The translations under genes and the position numbers were made by a program. From the IMG/VR virus record IMGVR_UViG_3300042908_000680, positions 1 through 64,000 of that record: 64,000 nucleotides of DNA; one strand, written 5' to 3'. Within the stretch, counting starts at the first letter, position 1. Each line of letters begins with the position of its first letter. The stretch is from a virus. Below the pieces are notes generated by a model. That model ran no database searches. It had not been told where the DNA came from and was given only the letters and a program-made list of their open reading frames with translations. Of the stretch, positions 1 through 10,264 are shown one piece after another.

Positions 1-81
1 TCCCATCCAGATATTACGACAATTTCTCCAGAATGAGTATATATTGATATGCCTATATTAGAAGTAAGTCTAATCGCTTCA

Positions 82-729
82 TCAAATGTCATATAGTTTC
101 TCTTTTTCTACTATATCATAATAGTCTGGCGTGAATTCACCTTTTCTCATAGCCTCATTGTACCAAGGTGTATCCTGCTTGTCAAATAGTATATTGTGGT
201 GTACACGATTATTTAGTCTTTGTGATCCGCTTATCTCAAATTCCCAAGGGTTTTCTGATCCCCTTGTTATCAAACATGATTTAAAAAACTCTTTATTCCA
301 GATTGATGCTTGCATTGATATAGTATATAAACTGTTCTGTTGTAATCTGTATAAATTATCTATCAAATGAAATTTTTGGTATAAATTACTATCTTCATGT
401 ATTCCAAATCTATTTACCCCATTTTTTATAATGGACATATACATTTCAAATCTTGATCTTGGGATGGTTTTTCTCAAAAAATAGTCATCTTGCATCCATA
501 ATACGTAGTCTGTATCGACCATATTTAGAGCGTACTTGAGGCAATCCGAATATGGTATTTTGCCCGGTAGGATAGATTTAAAGCCATAATCGTTGAATTC
601 TAGGGTTTCAGATAGAAAATATCGTGATATATTTAGATTTTTATCCCAATATTTATCAAAAAGCCTAGCAAATTTCTTCCAAAGGAAGTTATATTTGTCA
701 CAAGTTCCGACTAATAAAGTAATGTTCAT
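82..729 (-). CDS. putative glycosyltransferase (GT-A-like)
   Basis: N-terminal hydrophobic strand (ITLLVGTCDKY) and a DYVLWMQDDYFL DxD-like motif typical of phage GT-like proteins. Confidence 0.55.
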   Translation of the reverse strand: MNITLLVGTCDKYNFLWKKFARLFDKYWDKNLNISRYFLSETLEFNDYGFKSILPGKIPYSDCLKYALNMVDTDYVLWMQDDYFLRKTIPRSRFEMYMSIIKNGVNRFGIHEDSNLYQKFHLIDNLYRLQQNSLYTISMQASIWNKEFFKSCLITRGSENPWEFEISGSQRLNNRVHHNILFDKQDTPWYNEAMRKGEFTPDYYDIVEKEKLYDI

Positions 730-786
730 GTCAATTTGCGTGTATAATTGTATTGAGTACTCAATTTTTCATAAGGAGATAACACT

Positions 787-1146
787 ATGCCTCTCACACC
801 CGTTCAATCTGGACAATTAAATCCCGGTAGTAGTACATTTTTTGGATCTTCACTTGTTGCTGCTACTGGAGTAAACATTAGCCCCATGAGTGGAATATAT
901 ATTCCATTTAGCGCTCTTGAAAGTTATAAAATAGGTACTAGTGGTGATGTTAGGGAATTATTATACTCTATAGTAGACAAAATTAATACTGGTTTAACAA
1001 CTATGGGTATAAATACTTCATCAAATAAAGTAAGTACAACAAGCAGCATCTCATTCTTAGACGCAAATTCAGTCAGAAAATCATATGCTATGAACATGGA
1101 CTTGAATGTTACCGGTATGACATATGACGTTAAGGATGAAACTTGA
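787..1146 (+). CDS. hypothetical protein, possibly virion-associated
   Basis: 119-aa ORF with AAGGAG RBS; preceded by a GTGTATAAT motif (740-748) shared with structural genes. Confidence 0.6.
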   Translation: MPLTPVQSGQLNPGSSTFFGSSLVAATGVNISPMSGIYIPFSALESYKIGTSGDVRELLYSIVDKINTGLTTMGINTSSNKVSTTSSISFLDANSVRKSYAMNMDLNVTGMTYDVKDET

Positions 1147-1193
1147 TAGATAAGAAATAAACCAAAATTGGTTATGGGGAGTGGGCCTTTGGT

Positions 1194-1958
1194 CTACTCC
1201 CTTTTCTTTTGAGTCTTTTGTCTTATCCAATCTAAAAAATTGCTGATCCTCGTATGTCCACTATCATCATTATACGTTGAGTCTGGCTTTTTGTCAAGGG
1301 TTGTGACGCAAGAATTTATACCAGCCAACTTGCCATCTATAAATAAACCTCCGCCACTATCCCCGCTACCTATTAAGAATTCAAGTTCTGTTCTATTTGA
1401 TATAGATGGACTGCAAATCAAAAGATCATTTTCTATTTTATCTATTTTGTTTGATCCACCCCTTCTCTTTTTATCTCCACCTTGTATTCCAGTTATAAAA
1501 GTGCCAGTTTTACCATAGCCAGCAATAGCACATATTTTGTCAACTTCATTTGATTCTTCGTATAGTTGTGGATAAAACTCAAGGTCTATATCTGAGGTTG
1601 TGTGGCATAGTGCTATGTCTGCAAATCCAAATTGCCTCTTTTCAAAATCTTCATGGCATATGATTTCATCTATAACTATAATCTGTTTTTTCTTTTCGTT
1701 GTGTAAAAAAGCAAATTTAGAGTCTTTTACAACATGAGCCGCCGTTAATACCCAGCGAGAATCTATAGCAACAGCAGAGGCTGAAAATAATCCCTCTTCG
1801 CTATCATAAGACCCCATTATCTCTAATACGCAATCAAACTTTTTACCGTATTCAATGTATTTTTCATCTGGAGTATTAGGATCTATTGTGCCAGCGTATA
1901 TATTAGGTATTAAACCAATAAGAAATCCAACTAGGAGGCTGTTGATAAGTTTGTTCAT
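1194..1958 (-). CDS. secreted trypsin-like serine protease (S1)
   Basis: Catalytic motifs WVLTAAH, DIAL and GDSGG; signal-peptide-like N-terminus from MNKLINSLLVG. Confidence 0.9.
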   Translation of the reverse strand: MNKLINSLLVGFLIGLIPNIYAGTIDPNTPDEKYIEYGKKFDCVLEIMGSYDSEEGLFSASAVAIDSRWVLTAAHVVKDSKFAFLHNEKKKQIIVIDEIICHEDFEKRQFGFADIALCHTTSDIDLEFYPQLYEESNEVDKICAIAGYGKTGTFITGIQGGDKKRRGGSNKIDKIENDLLICSPSISNRTELEFLIGSGDSGGGLFIDGKLAGINSCVTTLDKKPDSTYNDDSGHTRISNFLDWIRQKTQKKRE

Positions 1959-2265
1959 TGTATGGCCTATTCTTGATTTTGAGTGATATTTGTTCACAAT
2001 CAGTGACTACATTTACATTCCAGCTTTTGTAGTCCATCAAATGGCCCAATAATAGATGACAATCAGAGCATAATGTTATTAAATTATCTGGATTTAATTC
2101 ATTACTTGGATCTAAATGATATGGTATTATGTGATGGACTTGTAGATCATTTTTTCTCCAACATGCCTGACAAATCGATTGGTGTTTTAAATGTTCCTTT
2201 CTGACGCTAGACCATTTTGGCGATCTAGAATAATCAGATATTTTGTTTCTCAACCAATTAAACAT
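1903..2265 (-). CDS. HNH endonuclease
   Basis: CQAC...LQVHHIIP...NLITLCSDCHLLLGH. Confidence 0.9.
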   Translation of the reverse strand: MFNWLRNKISDYSRSPKWSSVRKEHLKHQSICQACWRKNDLQVHHIIPYHLDPSNELNPDNLITLCSDCHLLLGHLMDYKSWNVNVVTDCEQISLKIKNRPYNEQTYQQPPSWISYWFNT

Positions 2266-2311
2266 AATTTTCCCATAAGATTAAAAAAACCCTTATATAT
2301 ATACACTAAAT

Positions 2312-2340
2312 AAAAAAGGGGGTAGCTTTCGCCACCCCCT
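2312..2340 (-). terminator. Rho-independent terminator
   Basis: Minus strand AGGGGGTGGC-GAAA-GCTACCCCCT followed by a T-run, just after the 2370 stop. Confidence 0.8.
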
Positions 2341-2369
2341 AATTCATTACTATATTAGGTAACTATTGT

Positions 2370-2663
2370 TCACTCTTCACGAACAAAAGCTACGCCAAAT
2401 TCACCCGGTGCTACGGGAGGTACAGTATCAACCGCAGTAAACTCAACGGTGGCTGGCGAACTTACATTGCCAGCATCGTCAACGTCTACTAGGGTTAGAA
2501 CAACACTATCATTATCTGAGAATGATAGCTCACCAAAACTGGTGGTATTTGCTGGGAAAGGTGATGTTGAACGAACTTCACCATTAACAGCCACTGAAAG
2601 TCTACGCTCTGCAACGTCACTATCAACAACTGGGCCAGCGGTTACATTATAAACTAGTGCCAT
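2370..2663 (-). CDS. small Ig-like / beta-sandwich protein
   Basis: Start MALVYNV with AGAGGA RBS; DDAGNVS...DTVPP motif typical of bacterial Ig-like repeats. Confidence 0.55.
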   Translation of the reverse strand: MALVYNVTAGPVVDSDVAERRLSVAVNGEVRSTSPFPANTTSFGELSFSDNDSVVLTLVDVDDAGNVSSPATVEFTAVDTVPPVAPGEFGVAFVREE

Positions 2664-2790
2664 AGAAAATTCCTCTCTGTATAAAAAATCACATTTAAAT
2701 GCTATAGGATAGATACTACGCATATCCATCTTTCGCAAAACTTTTAGGTATCTATTAAATAGTCTGTCATTTAGCCATAAAAACATAAAT

Positions 2791-2961
2791 CTACTCTGCT
2801 TTGTATGTTAGCTCATCTACCTTTTCCATTATTATACTCATCTTGTGCTCATTTACACTGTGGCTCTGATTAATTTCATTAAGTATGTCAATATATAGTA
2901 AATTTACCGATAAAGATGATACTAATATTGAAAGTAATAATGCTACAAATGTATATTTCAT
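2791..2961 (-). CDS. small membrane protein
   Basis: MKYTFVALLLSILVSSL hydrophobic helix; AAGGAG RBS. Confidence 0.5.
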   Translation of the reverse strand: MKYTFVALLLSILVSSLSVNLLYIDILNEINQSHSVNEHKMSIIMEKVDELTYKAE

Positions 2962-2996
2962 GAATAAACTCCTTAAGGTGGGATATTTTAGGTAGG

Positions 2997-3200
2997 CTAC
3001 CATTTTATACACCAACCGGGGGGTTTGTCGTTGTCTAAAATGGCTTTTCTTTCTTCTCTAAGTAGGGCTATTTCTTTTCTTTGGGTTTTTACTTCCAGTT
3101 TTAATGATTCTACTGTATTTTTAAGGGATTCTATCTCCCTCAATAGTCTATTTATATAGTCATCAGTATCTACTGGGAAGTCATTTATATTAATCTTCAT
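2997..3200 (-). CDS. hypothetical coiled-coil protein
   Basis: Heptad-rich ORF, tightly packed with neighbours. Confidence 0.55.
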   Translation of the reverse strand: MKININDFPVDTDDYINRLLREIESLKNTVESLKLEVKTQRKEIALLREERKAILDNDKPPGWCIKW

Positions 3201-3747
3201 CTATTGACCCATAATGTTTTAGTGCCGCCCTAGCATTTTGCTTGTGGGTTACTCTCTCTAAATTATCAAGACTGTTATTAGACTTATCGTGATCTATGTG
3301 ATTTACAATGAATAACTCTCTTAGAAAAACTTTAATAGATTCTGGAGTATTTTTATAGTCTTCTGCGTTGATTTCTTTTGGTAGGTTTTCATCAAATGGT
3401 TTCCAGCTATCAATTACTAATTTATGAACTCGACAATTTAATGATTGTTTTTTGGATCCTTTTGAGGTATATGCATAATCAAAAGTACCACAATTAAATG
3501 TAATATCTATACCAGCATATCCTTTTTTACACATACGAGCTTTTAAAAGTTTTTTATGCGAAGAATCAAAAATAAAAAGAAAATGACCTTTTTCCCCAAT
3601 AATTTGTTTCAAATGAGAATATATATTACCACTTTTTGAAACACTATATTCTTTTATAGGAATTCCATTTAAGATTACTGTGGTTAACTCTTCTTCATCG
3701 TCTATTTGATCTTCTGAAAAATCAAACTCTAGTTGATTCATTTGCAT
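3190..3747 (-). CDS. HNH homing endonuclease (NUMOD4/HNH_3-like)
   Basis: YSVSKSGNIYS, RVHKLV and VNHIDHDKSNNSLDNLERVTHKQN motifs. Confidence 0.85.
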   Translation of the reverse strand: MQMNQLEFDFSEDQIDDEEELTTVILNGIPIKEYSVSKSGNIYSHLKQIIGEKGHFLFIFDSSHKKLLKARMCKKGYAGIDITFNCGTFDYAYTSKGSKKQSLNCRVHKLVIDSWKPFDENLPKEINAEDYKNTPESIKVFLRELFIVNHIDHDKSNNSLDNLERVTHKQNARAALKHYGSIDED

Positions 3748-4012
3748 ACAAAGCCCTCCCAAGTGCTATCCTAACACCAAGTTTCTTATCATAGTTATCT
3801 TCTGTGCTACAAATGGCAAGACCATGCAAACGTTCACCATTAGGAGAATCAATAATAACTTCAGTAGAACCGCCCTTGGTATCTGGTCCGATAATCCCAT
3901 CAGTATAACCATAGACTCTCTTGCCATTTTGCCAAGCATGATATCCATTATAAAGACGGTTGTGAAAAACCTTTACTTTGTATCCACTATCTTGTAATTG
4001 TTTAACGTTCAT
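3722..4012 (-). CDS. hypothetical phage protein
   Basis: ORF with a C-terminal AICSTEDNYDKKLGVRIALGRA motif. Confidence 0.6.
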   Translation of the reverse strand: MNVKQLQDSGYKVKVFHNRLYNGYHAWQNGKRVYGYTDGIIGPDTKGGSTEVIIDSPNGERLHGLAICSTEDNYDKKLGVRIALGRALYANESTRV

Positions 4013-4037
4013 TATTCAACCTTTCATAAAAAAATAA

Positions 4038-4124
4038 CGGAAGAAGTAGGATTCGAACCCACGGAAGTTTTTACGCTTCTTCTGATTAGTAATCAGATGC
4101 ATTAGTCCACTCTGCCATTCTTCC
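4038..4124 (-). tRNA. tRNA-Ser (anticodon ACT)
   Basis: GGAAGAA/TTCTTCC acceptor, G73, anticodon arm TCTGA-TTACTAA-TCAGA, long variable arm, GGTTCGAATCC T-arm. Confidence 0.85.
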
Positions 4125-4129
4125 TACTA

Positions 4130-4158
4130 ATTGTATCTCTATTAGTTGCTATTGTCAA
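4130..4158 (-). promoter_or_regulatory. sigma70-type promoter for tRNA-Ser
   Basis: TTGACA-17-TACAAT. Confidence 0.7.
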
Positions 4159-4159
4159 G

Positions 4160-4507
4160 TGGAGGCGGCGAGAATCGAACTCGCGTCCAGAATAATTTCA
4201 ATATAAACATCTACATCCTTAGTTAGTTGTTATCGCACAGCTAACAAAACTAACAGAATTATCTGTGTCAGATTGAATACAATCATTACCCCCATTTATG
4301 TTTGGTGAGGATACCATATCCGATTATCGGAGTCAGCATGATTGGGCAATACGGTTCATGCCACCGCACTCTTGCCTAACTAGGTCAGGCAGCGAGAGCG
4401 AAACGAGTTTCGCCAACTAACATTTTAATCGACTTTTATACTGGCCGGTCGATTAACCAGTGGATGCCATCTATATATCCGTTTACCTGTCGATACCTTT
4501 CGCCCCC
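4160..4507 (-). ncRNA. ssrA: tmRNA; tag peptide (A)GETRFALAA*
   Basis: 5' GGGGGCGAAAGGTATCGAC, 3' GAGTTCGATTCTCGCCGCCTCCA with G3:U70; internal GGC GAA ACT CGT TTC GCT CTC GCT GCC TGA. Confidence 0.92.
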
Positions 4508-4508
4508 T

Positions 4509-5198
4509 TTATATGTACCATAAATTACAATATTTGAAACGATTTATTTTATTATCTATGCCTATTAGACAATTATTATGTACTATAATTGCATCTTCTA
4601 ACGACCTTCCATCATGAAAACACATTCCATTTAAGAATTTATCTTTATCCAAATATTCATAGTAATCTTCTGGAATAATCTTATTAATTAGTAAATGATT
4701 TATGAGTTCTTGATCAGTTCCAGTGTTAGTTTTAAATTGTTCTATACTATCTATTACTATTTGTAAAAATTTATTAGAGTACTCATCATGATTAAAAACC
4801 ATAAATCCAGCACAGGCAGTCGCGTGAGGAAATTCGTTTTGTAGTAATACTTTTTTAGTATTGAATGATTTTCTCGGATCTTGTTTAAATATTACATCAC
4901 AATCTGTATAACAAATTTCACCATACTTATCATAATTTTCTTTAATTGCATTTAACTTAATCCACATTAAATCTCTAAATTTGTCTTCAATACTCTGTGA
5001 ATAATCGTAATATTCTGTTAGTTCTTGATCGATAAATAAGTAGCTATTCTTATGAAATTTAGACATATCTTCAAATGCAAATTTATCTATACACGCCACA
5101 ATAAAATCATCGTCGCTTATTCCAGAAAGTCTGGCACTTGCGATGAGATTTTTGCATATTTCTATGCATCCATTATTTGTGTATGTTAAAAATTTCAT
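4509..5198 (-). CDS. nucleotide-diphospho-sugar transferase (GT77-like)
   Basis: YTDCDVIF DxD motif, CAGFM, DQELIN, C-terminal HNNC...KINRFK..LW. Confidence 0.75.
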   Translation of the reverse strand: MKFLTYTNNGCIEICKNLIASARLSGISDDDFIVACIDKFAFEDMSKFHKNSYLFIDQELTEYYDYSQSIEDKFRDLMWIKLNAIKENYDKYGEICYTDCDVIFKQDPRKSFNTKKVLLQNEFPHATACAGFMVFNHDEYSNKFLQIVIDSIEQFKTNTGTDQELINHLLINKIIPEDYYEYLDKDKFLNGMCFHDGRSLEDAIIVHNNCLIGIDNKINRFKYCNLWYI

Positions 5199-5536
5199 TT
5201 TAAGAAGTTTATTAAACTGCTCGGCCCATTATAGCCAATTTTTCTTCCCTTCTCTTTACCATTTTCAAAAACCACAAAGGCAGGGATCGTCTTTATATTG
5301 TAGCCTTCAACGATGTCTTTGTCAACATCAAAATTTACGTCTACGATGGTATAATTTTTTACAATCTCTGATAATTGTGGGTCATTTTTCATATCATTCT
5401 TAGCTACGTGGCAATATTTACACCAATCGGCGGAAAATATGATTAGAACTTTTTCGTTTGTGTTATCAAAAGCAAAAGCAGAAGCGATAGATATTAAACA
5501 CGAAATCAAAAGAACAGATACTAGTGTATTTCTCAT
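5195..5536 (-). CDS. exported thioredoxin-like protein
   Basis: FSADWCKYC motif, cis-Pro loop (TIPAF), N-terminal signal peptide. Confidence 0.85.
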   Translation of the reverse strand: MRNTLVSVLLISCLISIASAFAFDNTNEKVLIIFSADWCKYCHVAKNDMKNDPQLSEIVKNYTIVDVNFDVDKDIVEGYNIKTIPAFVVFENGKEKGRKIGYNGPSSLINFLK

Positions 5537-6565
5537 GCTATAACCCTCCAGTTGGTAAATAATATATTCTACCTTGAATATATATACACTTTTTAATCAA
5601 TCATTATTATCAACACCACCCTCGTATGTTAACTTGGGTATTAAATCATCATTTGTTTGTTCTACCTTTTTGATAGTAATTATCAAGAATGTATCTCCAT
5701 GATGATTTCCACCATCCAGTAATTTTTTCAGAGCATTACATACCTTTTCGCATGTAAGTTCTGGATTTATTTTAAAACAAATCATCTTTTCTCAATTTGA
5801 CAGATTATTACTGTGACTATTGCACATATAATATATACTATGCCCAATATTGTCCAAGCAGTTGTTTCATTCATTTAAATTAACCTCAATCTCTGCCCCA
5901 TCAAATACCCAATGATCTATACTATCTATATAGTTGTGGGTTGGAATTGGTTCATTTACAATTTTGAATTTAACGTCAAATATACCACTAATTCCTTGAT
6001 TCTGATAAAGATACTTTATAATAGCATCCTTAACATCTTCATCGCTCATAGTTATATGAGTCTTGTTATTAATCTTCATGGTTCTCCAAAACAAATTTTT
6101 TGCTCTGCTCATTAAATAGTTTAGATATTAGATAGAATCTTTCATTTTCTAAGTATTGAATTTGTTCGTTTATGAAATCTATTCGCTTTTTAGTATCTTG
6201 TATACCTATACTGTTTTCGTACTTTTCTTTCATATACTCATTTAGTTGTTGTTCTCTTTTACTCATTGGTTATTGCCTTTAGCTTTTTTGTGATATTCTC
6301 TATAGTTTTAATAACCGGTGCTGTTAATGCATAGTCTTTCTTATATGCTTGTATAGCGTCTATAATCTTCCAAGCTTCATTTTTATTAATATCAATGTTC
6401 ATACAAATAACCTGTCCTTTAGTAATTCTGCAATAGTTTTGTTAATATTGATTCCGTTTACAACTATTTCTTTGTCAGAATCATATTCATCAATTTCCAT
6501 ATATTTCATAGCATTATTGAAACACCAAAAGATAGCAAACTTTTGTTCAGTTGTCAGATTATCCA

Positions 6566-6928
6566 TTATTTCCACTCATTCCTATAAATTCCCGGTTGTA
6601 ATCTTGGCTCATAAGGTTTAACAGTCCATCCCATCATCATCAAATCTAATTTAATTTCGTCAGTAACAACCCCCTCATTGCCAGAACAATACCAATCTAT
6701 GTATTCTCCACTATTGATTATATCAGCTACTATACCGCCAGACATTCTCCATGAGCAACTCCACTCTTTATCACCATAAAAGAATCTGTTATTACACAAA
6801 GCCCCATATAGGTCTGTGCAATAGACTTGGCTATTAACACATTTGACTACTATGCGTTCATTATTAATGAGATCATATTCTAAGTCTGGCTTATCAAAAA
6901 CTGCTTTTAGTGTATCATTTAAGTCCAT
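6566..6928 (-). CDS. hypothetical phage protein
   Basis: ORF in a packed minus-strand operon; WSCSWRMSGGIVADI...YIDWYCSG motif. Confidence 0.65.
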   Translation of the reverse strand: MDLNDTLKAVFDKPDLEYDLINNERIVVKCVNSQVYCTDLYGALCNNRFFYGDKEWSCSWRMSGGIVADIINSGEYIDWYCSGNEGVVTDEIKLDLMMMGWTVKPYEPRLQPGIYRNEWK

Positions 6929-7650
6929 AGCGAACTCCTAATCTTAATTAGTTCAATTAGTTTTTCAGTATCTTCTTCATCATACTTATGCTCCATCTCA
7001 TCAATTTTGCGATAGTAATACTTTCCGTCTTTTTCTTTAGTGAACAGATCATATGGATTCGCCCTGTAGTCTCTATCTAGCCACCAATTGTAAAGTTCCA
7101 AAATCTTTTGAGAGGCTATTGCTTGTGCTGTTGCCTCATTGTAATCTTCATCATCTGGATTAAAACCATTATCTTCATTAAGTTTAAGGTCACAGGCCCA
7201 ATTTAAATAGTCTAATCCTGCTTGTTTGCATCTTCCGTTAACAAACTTATAGTTACGCTCTGGATATGCTTTCATCAAATGAGCCTGATCACTCTCAACA
7301 AAAAGAACCAACTCATTAAAAAGACCATGAAGAATACGATAGTCAAGATCATAATACTTCCCCGGTTTTAATCCTGTTCGTAAATAATGAAGTTTGTCAA
7401 TATATCTGTTACGAACATAAACTTCTATGGTATAGTAAATATCCATAGGAAAATGCACAATATCCTGTAAAAAGTTTAGAACTTCTTCAGCAATCCAATG
7501 TCGTAAAGGGCGTTTTGTTTTAGATTCTTGTCTCCAAGTTTCCCATTCATCTAAACCTAATGCTAATGGCTTAGTGTTTCCCCTAATAAGGTCAGCGAAA
7601 TGTGAGCAACTCCAGTAATTAATTCGGGATTGTTTTATAATTTTAAACAT
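6919..7650 (-). CDS. hypothetical phage protein
   Basis: 243-aa ORF overlapping neighbours at start and stop. Confidence 0.7.
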   Translation of the reverse strand: MFKIIKQSRINYWSCSHFADLIRGNTKPLALGLDEWETWRQESKTKRPLRHWIAEEVLNFLQDIVHFPMDIYYTIEVYVRNRYIDKLHYLRTGLKPGKYYDLDYRILHGLFNELVLFVESDQAHLMKAYPERNYKFVNGRCKQAGLDYLNWACDLKLNEDNGFNPDDEDYNEATAQAIASQKILELYNWWLDRDYRANPYDLFTKEKDGKYYYRKIDEMEHKYDEEDTEKLIELIKIRSSLWT

Positions 7651-7877
7651 TATAGATCAATATTCACTTCATAATTGTTAAGTATTCTGTAAAACTCTTC
7701 TCTTATTTTGACTACAGCATCACGGGCATCTGTAAATGGATCACCATATTTTTCCCATGTGCGTAATGCTTCGCTTAAATCCCATAATACTCTTTGCATA
7801 CGAATTGCTTGATTCATTATGTCATACTGAGTCTTATCATCTGGATCGTCTAAATCAAAATTAAATGTAGCTTTCAT
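7650..7877 (-). CDS. hypothetical phage protein
   Basis: MKATFNFDL start; operon packing. Confidence 0.6.
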   Translation of the reverse strand: MKATFNFDLDDPDDKTQYDIMNQAIRMQRVLWDLSEALRTWEKYGDPFTDARDAVVKIREEFYRILNNYEVNIDL

Positions 7878-7878
7878 A

Positions 7879-8127
7879 TTATTCCTTAAATTTAACCATT
7901 AAATATGTGCCGAGAAACGCCCCAGACGCTAGTGGAATTAAGTAGTAAATGTTCTTACTATATGATACCACGCCAAACGCCAGTAGACTGTAGATTATAC
8001 TAGTCAAAACTGCTGCTGTAAAGGCCCGCTTTTTGTTAACGCTCATAATGTACCAAGCGTATAACATATCAATTGCAACATAAGTAACAAAGATTGTTAG
8101 TGCGGTTATGTAAGAAAAATCATTCAT
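7879..8127 (-). CDS. small multi-TM membrane protein
   Basis: Three hydrophobic segments. Confidence 0.65.
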   Translation of the reverse strand: MNDFSYITALTIFVTYVAIDMLYAWYIMSVNKKRAFTAAVLTSIIYSLLAFGVVSYSKNIYYLIPLASGAFLGTYLMVKFKE

Positions 8128-8405
8128 GTGAAATATCTCTTTCCATTTAAAGGATCATGATCGTATGGGTAATCAAATGGACCCAAAACTTTGCGTTTTT
8201 TGTCTTTGATAAAATGTAATACTTCAGCAAAACAATCTTCACACAAATCAATATCATACTCCATACCATCATCCTTGCAACCATAACCCCAAGTAGCACT
8301 TAGTTCAGCATATTCATGGTCTATGTCTTTGGAGCAATTTTCTCCACAACAATCGCAATAAATCTTATCAATTGCTTTTCTAATTTCTTCTTTGTATGTT
8401 TTCAT
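8124..8405 (-). CDS. Zn-finger hypothetical protein
   Basis: CDCC...DLCEDCF. Confidence 0.6.
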   Translation of the reverse strand: MKTYKEEIRKAIDKIYCDCCGENCSKDIDHEYAELSATWGYGCKDDGMEYDIDLCEDCFAEVLHFIKDKKRKVLGPFDYPYDHDPLNGKRYFT

Positions 8406-9066
8406 TTAAGCAGACTTACTGATAACATTATATTTAACGTCCTGTTGATGAATCCTTGGCTTTTTATAGCCCATAAATACTTGGCTAGTAATAACCCCCA
8501 TACCAGTTATGAGAGTTACTACTATGCCCACGATAAATATGGTAAAATTGTTCATTTGAATAAATTTCCTAAAGAAAGTATACTTGGAACCCACAATCCT
8601 ACGAATAGTGCCTGTTGCCTATTAAGGTCACTATCTCCTGCAAACCATAGTGTAACACTGAAAACAAAACTAGCAAATGCGGCAACAATAAAACAACTTC
8701 GACTACTCATAATAATTCCTCTCTTTTAAATTTGAAACCCTTTTAATATATCTAGTATTCGTCGGGCTAACGCAGCACCGCCGACAATTCTACCATCAGT
8801 ATAATCTTCGCCATATCCAGCAGAAGATTCGTGATCTTTTTGATCTTGAACTTTTTCATTACATAACTTGATAATCTCAAGTATTATGTCTTTTTGTTTC
8901 TGATTCATTTATATTAATACCTTGATGGTATCCTTCATCATATGCTGCTTTTAGCCAATCTTTTATTTGTAACCAGTTATCCACATTGTCTTTGGGGTAT
9001 TTTACAAGATCATCGTAAGCTCTTTCCATTCGCAAAGATAATCCCTCAGATTCATTAAGCCATTCA

Positions 9067-9483
9067 TTAAAAGTCATTAGAAACACCTGAGTGTATCCAC
9101 TCTCCATCTTTTATTTGATAAACAACTACTGGACCACTAGATCGTATATAATTTCTTCCACCGTCAATCATGTTGCCATTCTTGAATGACTTATAATCAT
9201 AACGGCTTCTGCTATATTCTACATCGCCCTCATCATTTTCTACAGTTCCAAATGTTAAATTCTCAACTTGATCTGCATTGCCAATGTAAGATTCATCTCC
9301 CTTAAAGAAGACTGCAAAATATCTATTGCCAAATTCTGGGTGTGGAGTAGCTCTATAAAAAATATCACAAATGTTTCCATCGCCAAAGTCTGTGGTACAA
9401 ACATGAGATACTTTTACTCCATCTTTCTCAGAATAAAGTTCTTCAACCTTTTTAGTATTTGTAATTGGGCAGTGTTTTATCAT
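9067..9483 (-). CDS. hypothetical phage protein
   Basis: PHPEFGNRYF and MIDGGRNYIR motifs. Confidence 0.65.
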   Translation of the reverse strand: MIKHCPITNTKKVEELYSEKDGVKVSHVCTTDFGDGNICDIFYRATPHPEFGNRYFAVFFKGDESYIGNADQVENLTFGTVENDEGDVEYSRSRYDYKSFKNGNMIDGGRNYIRSSGPVVVYQIKDGEWIHSGVSNDF

Positions 9484-9825
9484 AGCAGTTTTTCAAGTTT
9501 TCGTTTTAGATTGTTCATAATTTCCAGTTCGATCTTCATGCATTCGGAAAGACCTTCTGGACCACCATATATTTTATCCATACTGTCATCAATTGACTCA
9601 AGTATAACATCTATCTCAGCATCTGTCAAGACTAGGTTTTTCATAAAATTTTGTGCTGTTTCAATATTTTATATAGATCTTTAAGTTCACTACTATTTAT
9701 TCTCAGTTCGTGAGGGTCGCTGCTATTATAACTGAAAATTCTAACAAGGTAAGGTTTGTTTTTTAACTTTTTATTGTAATGAATTTCTATTAAGTCATAT
9801 TCAAGGACTATGGTGCGAAGTAGTG

Positions 9826-10200
9826 TCACGAAAGCTTGTTTTCATCTAAATCTATGTCTGAGTCTAAATCAAAAGGATCTTCTACAAATGTCATATTTTC
9901 AAATATATTGGATCTTTCAATGATTATATTGCTATTATCTTCTTCTTTTAGTTCCTGTTCCAGTTCTGGTTCCAGTTCTTCTTCTAGTTCCAGTTCTGGC
10001 TCTTCTAATACTACAACAAAGGAGTCTTGTAATTCTTCTTCAATCTCTTCTTTGGATATATCGTATGCTGGGGTCTTATACTTAAACATTTTTTGTTCTA
10101 TATCTTTACTATTAATTATCATATCTATGATTATTGATGCTGAACCAATAAACCATATTGATGCTATAGATGCTATTAATAGTATTGATATGTCATTCAT
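9826..10200 (-). CDS. membrane-anchored acidic protein
   Basis: N-terminal TM helix and EEPELELEEELE repeat. Confidence 0.6.
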   Translation of the reverse strand: MNDISILLIASIASIWFIGSASIIIDMIINSKDIEQKMFKYKTPAYDISKEEIEEELQDSFVVVLEEPELELEEELEPELEQELKEEDNSNIIIERSNIFENMTFVEDPFDLDSDIDLDENKLS

Positions 10201-10264
10201 GTTAATATCTTTAAGAATGTCTAGCCAACTACTCGATTTTCATTGGCTAGACAATCCATTAAAT

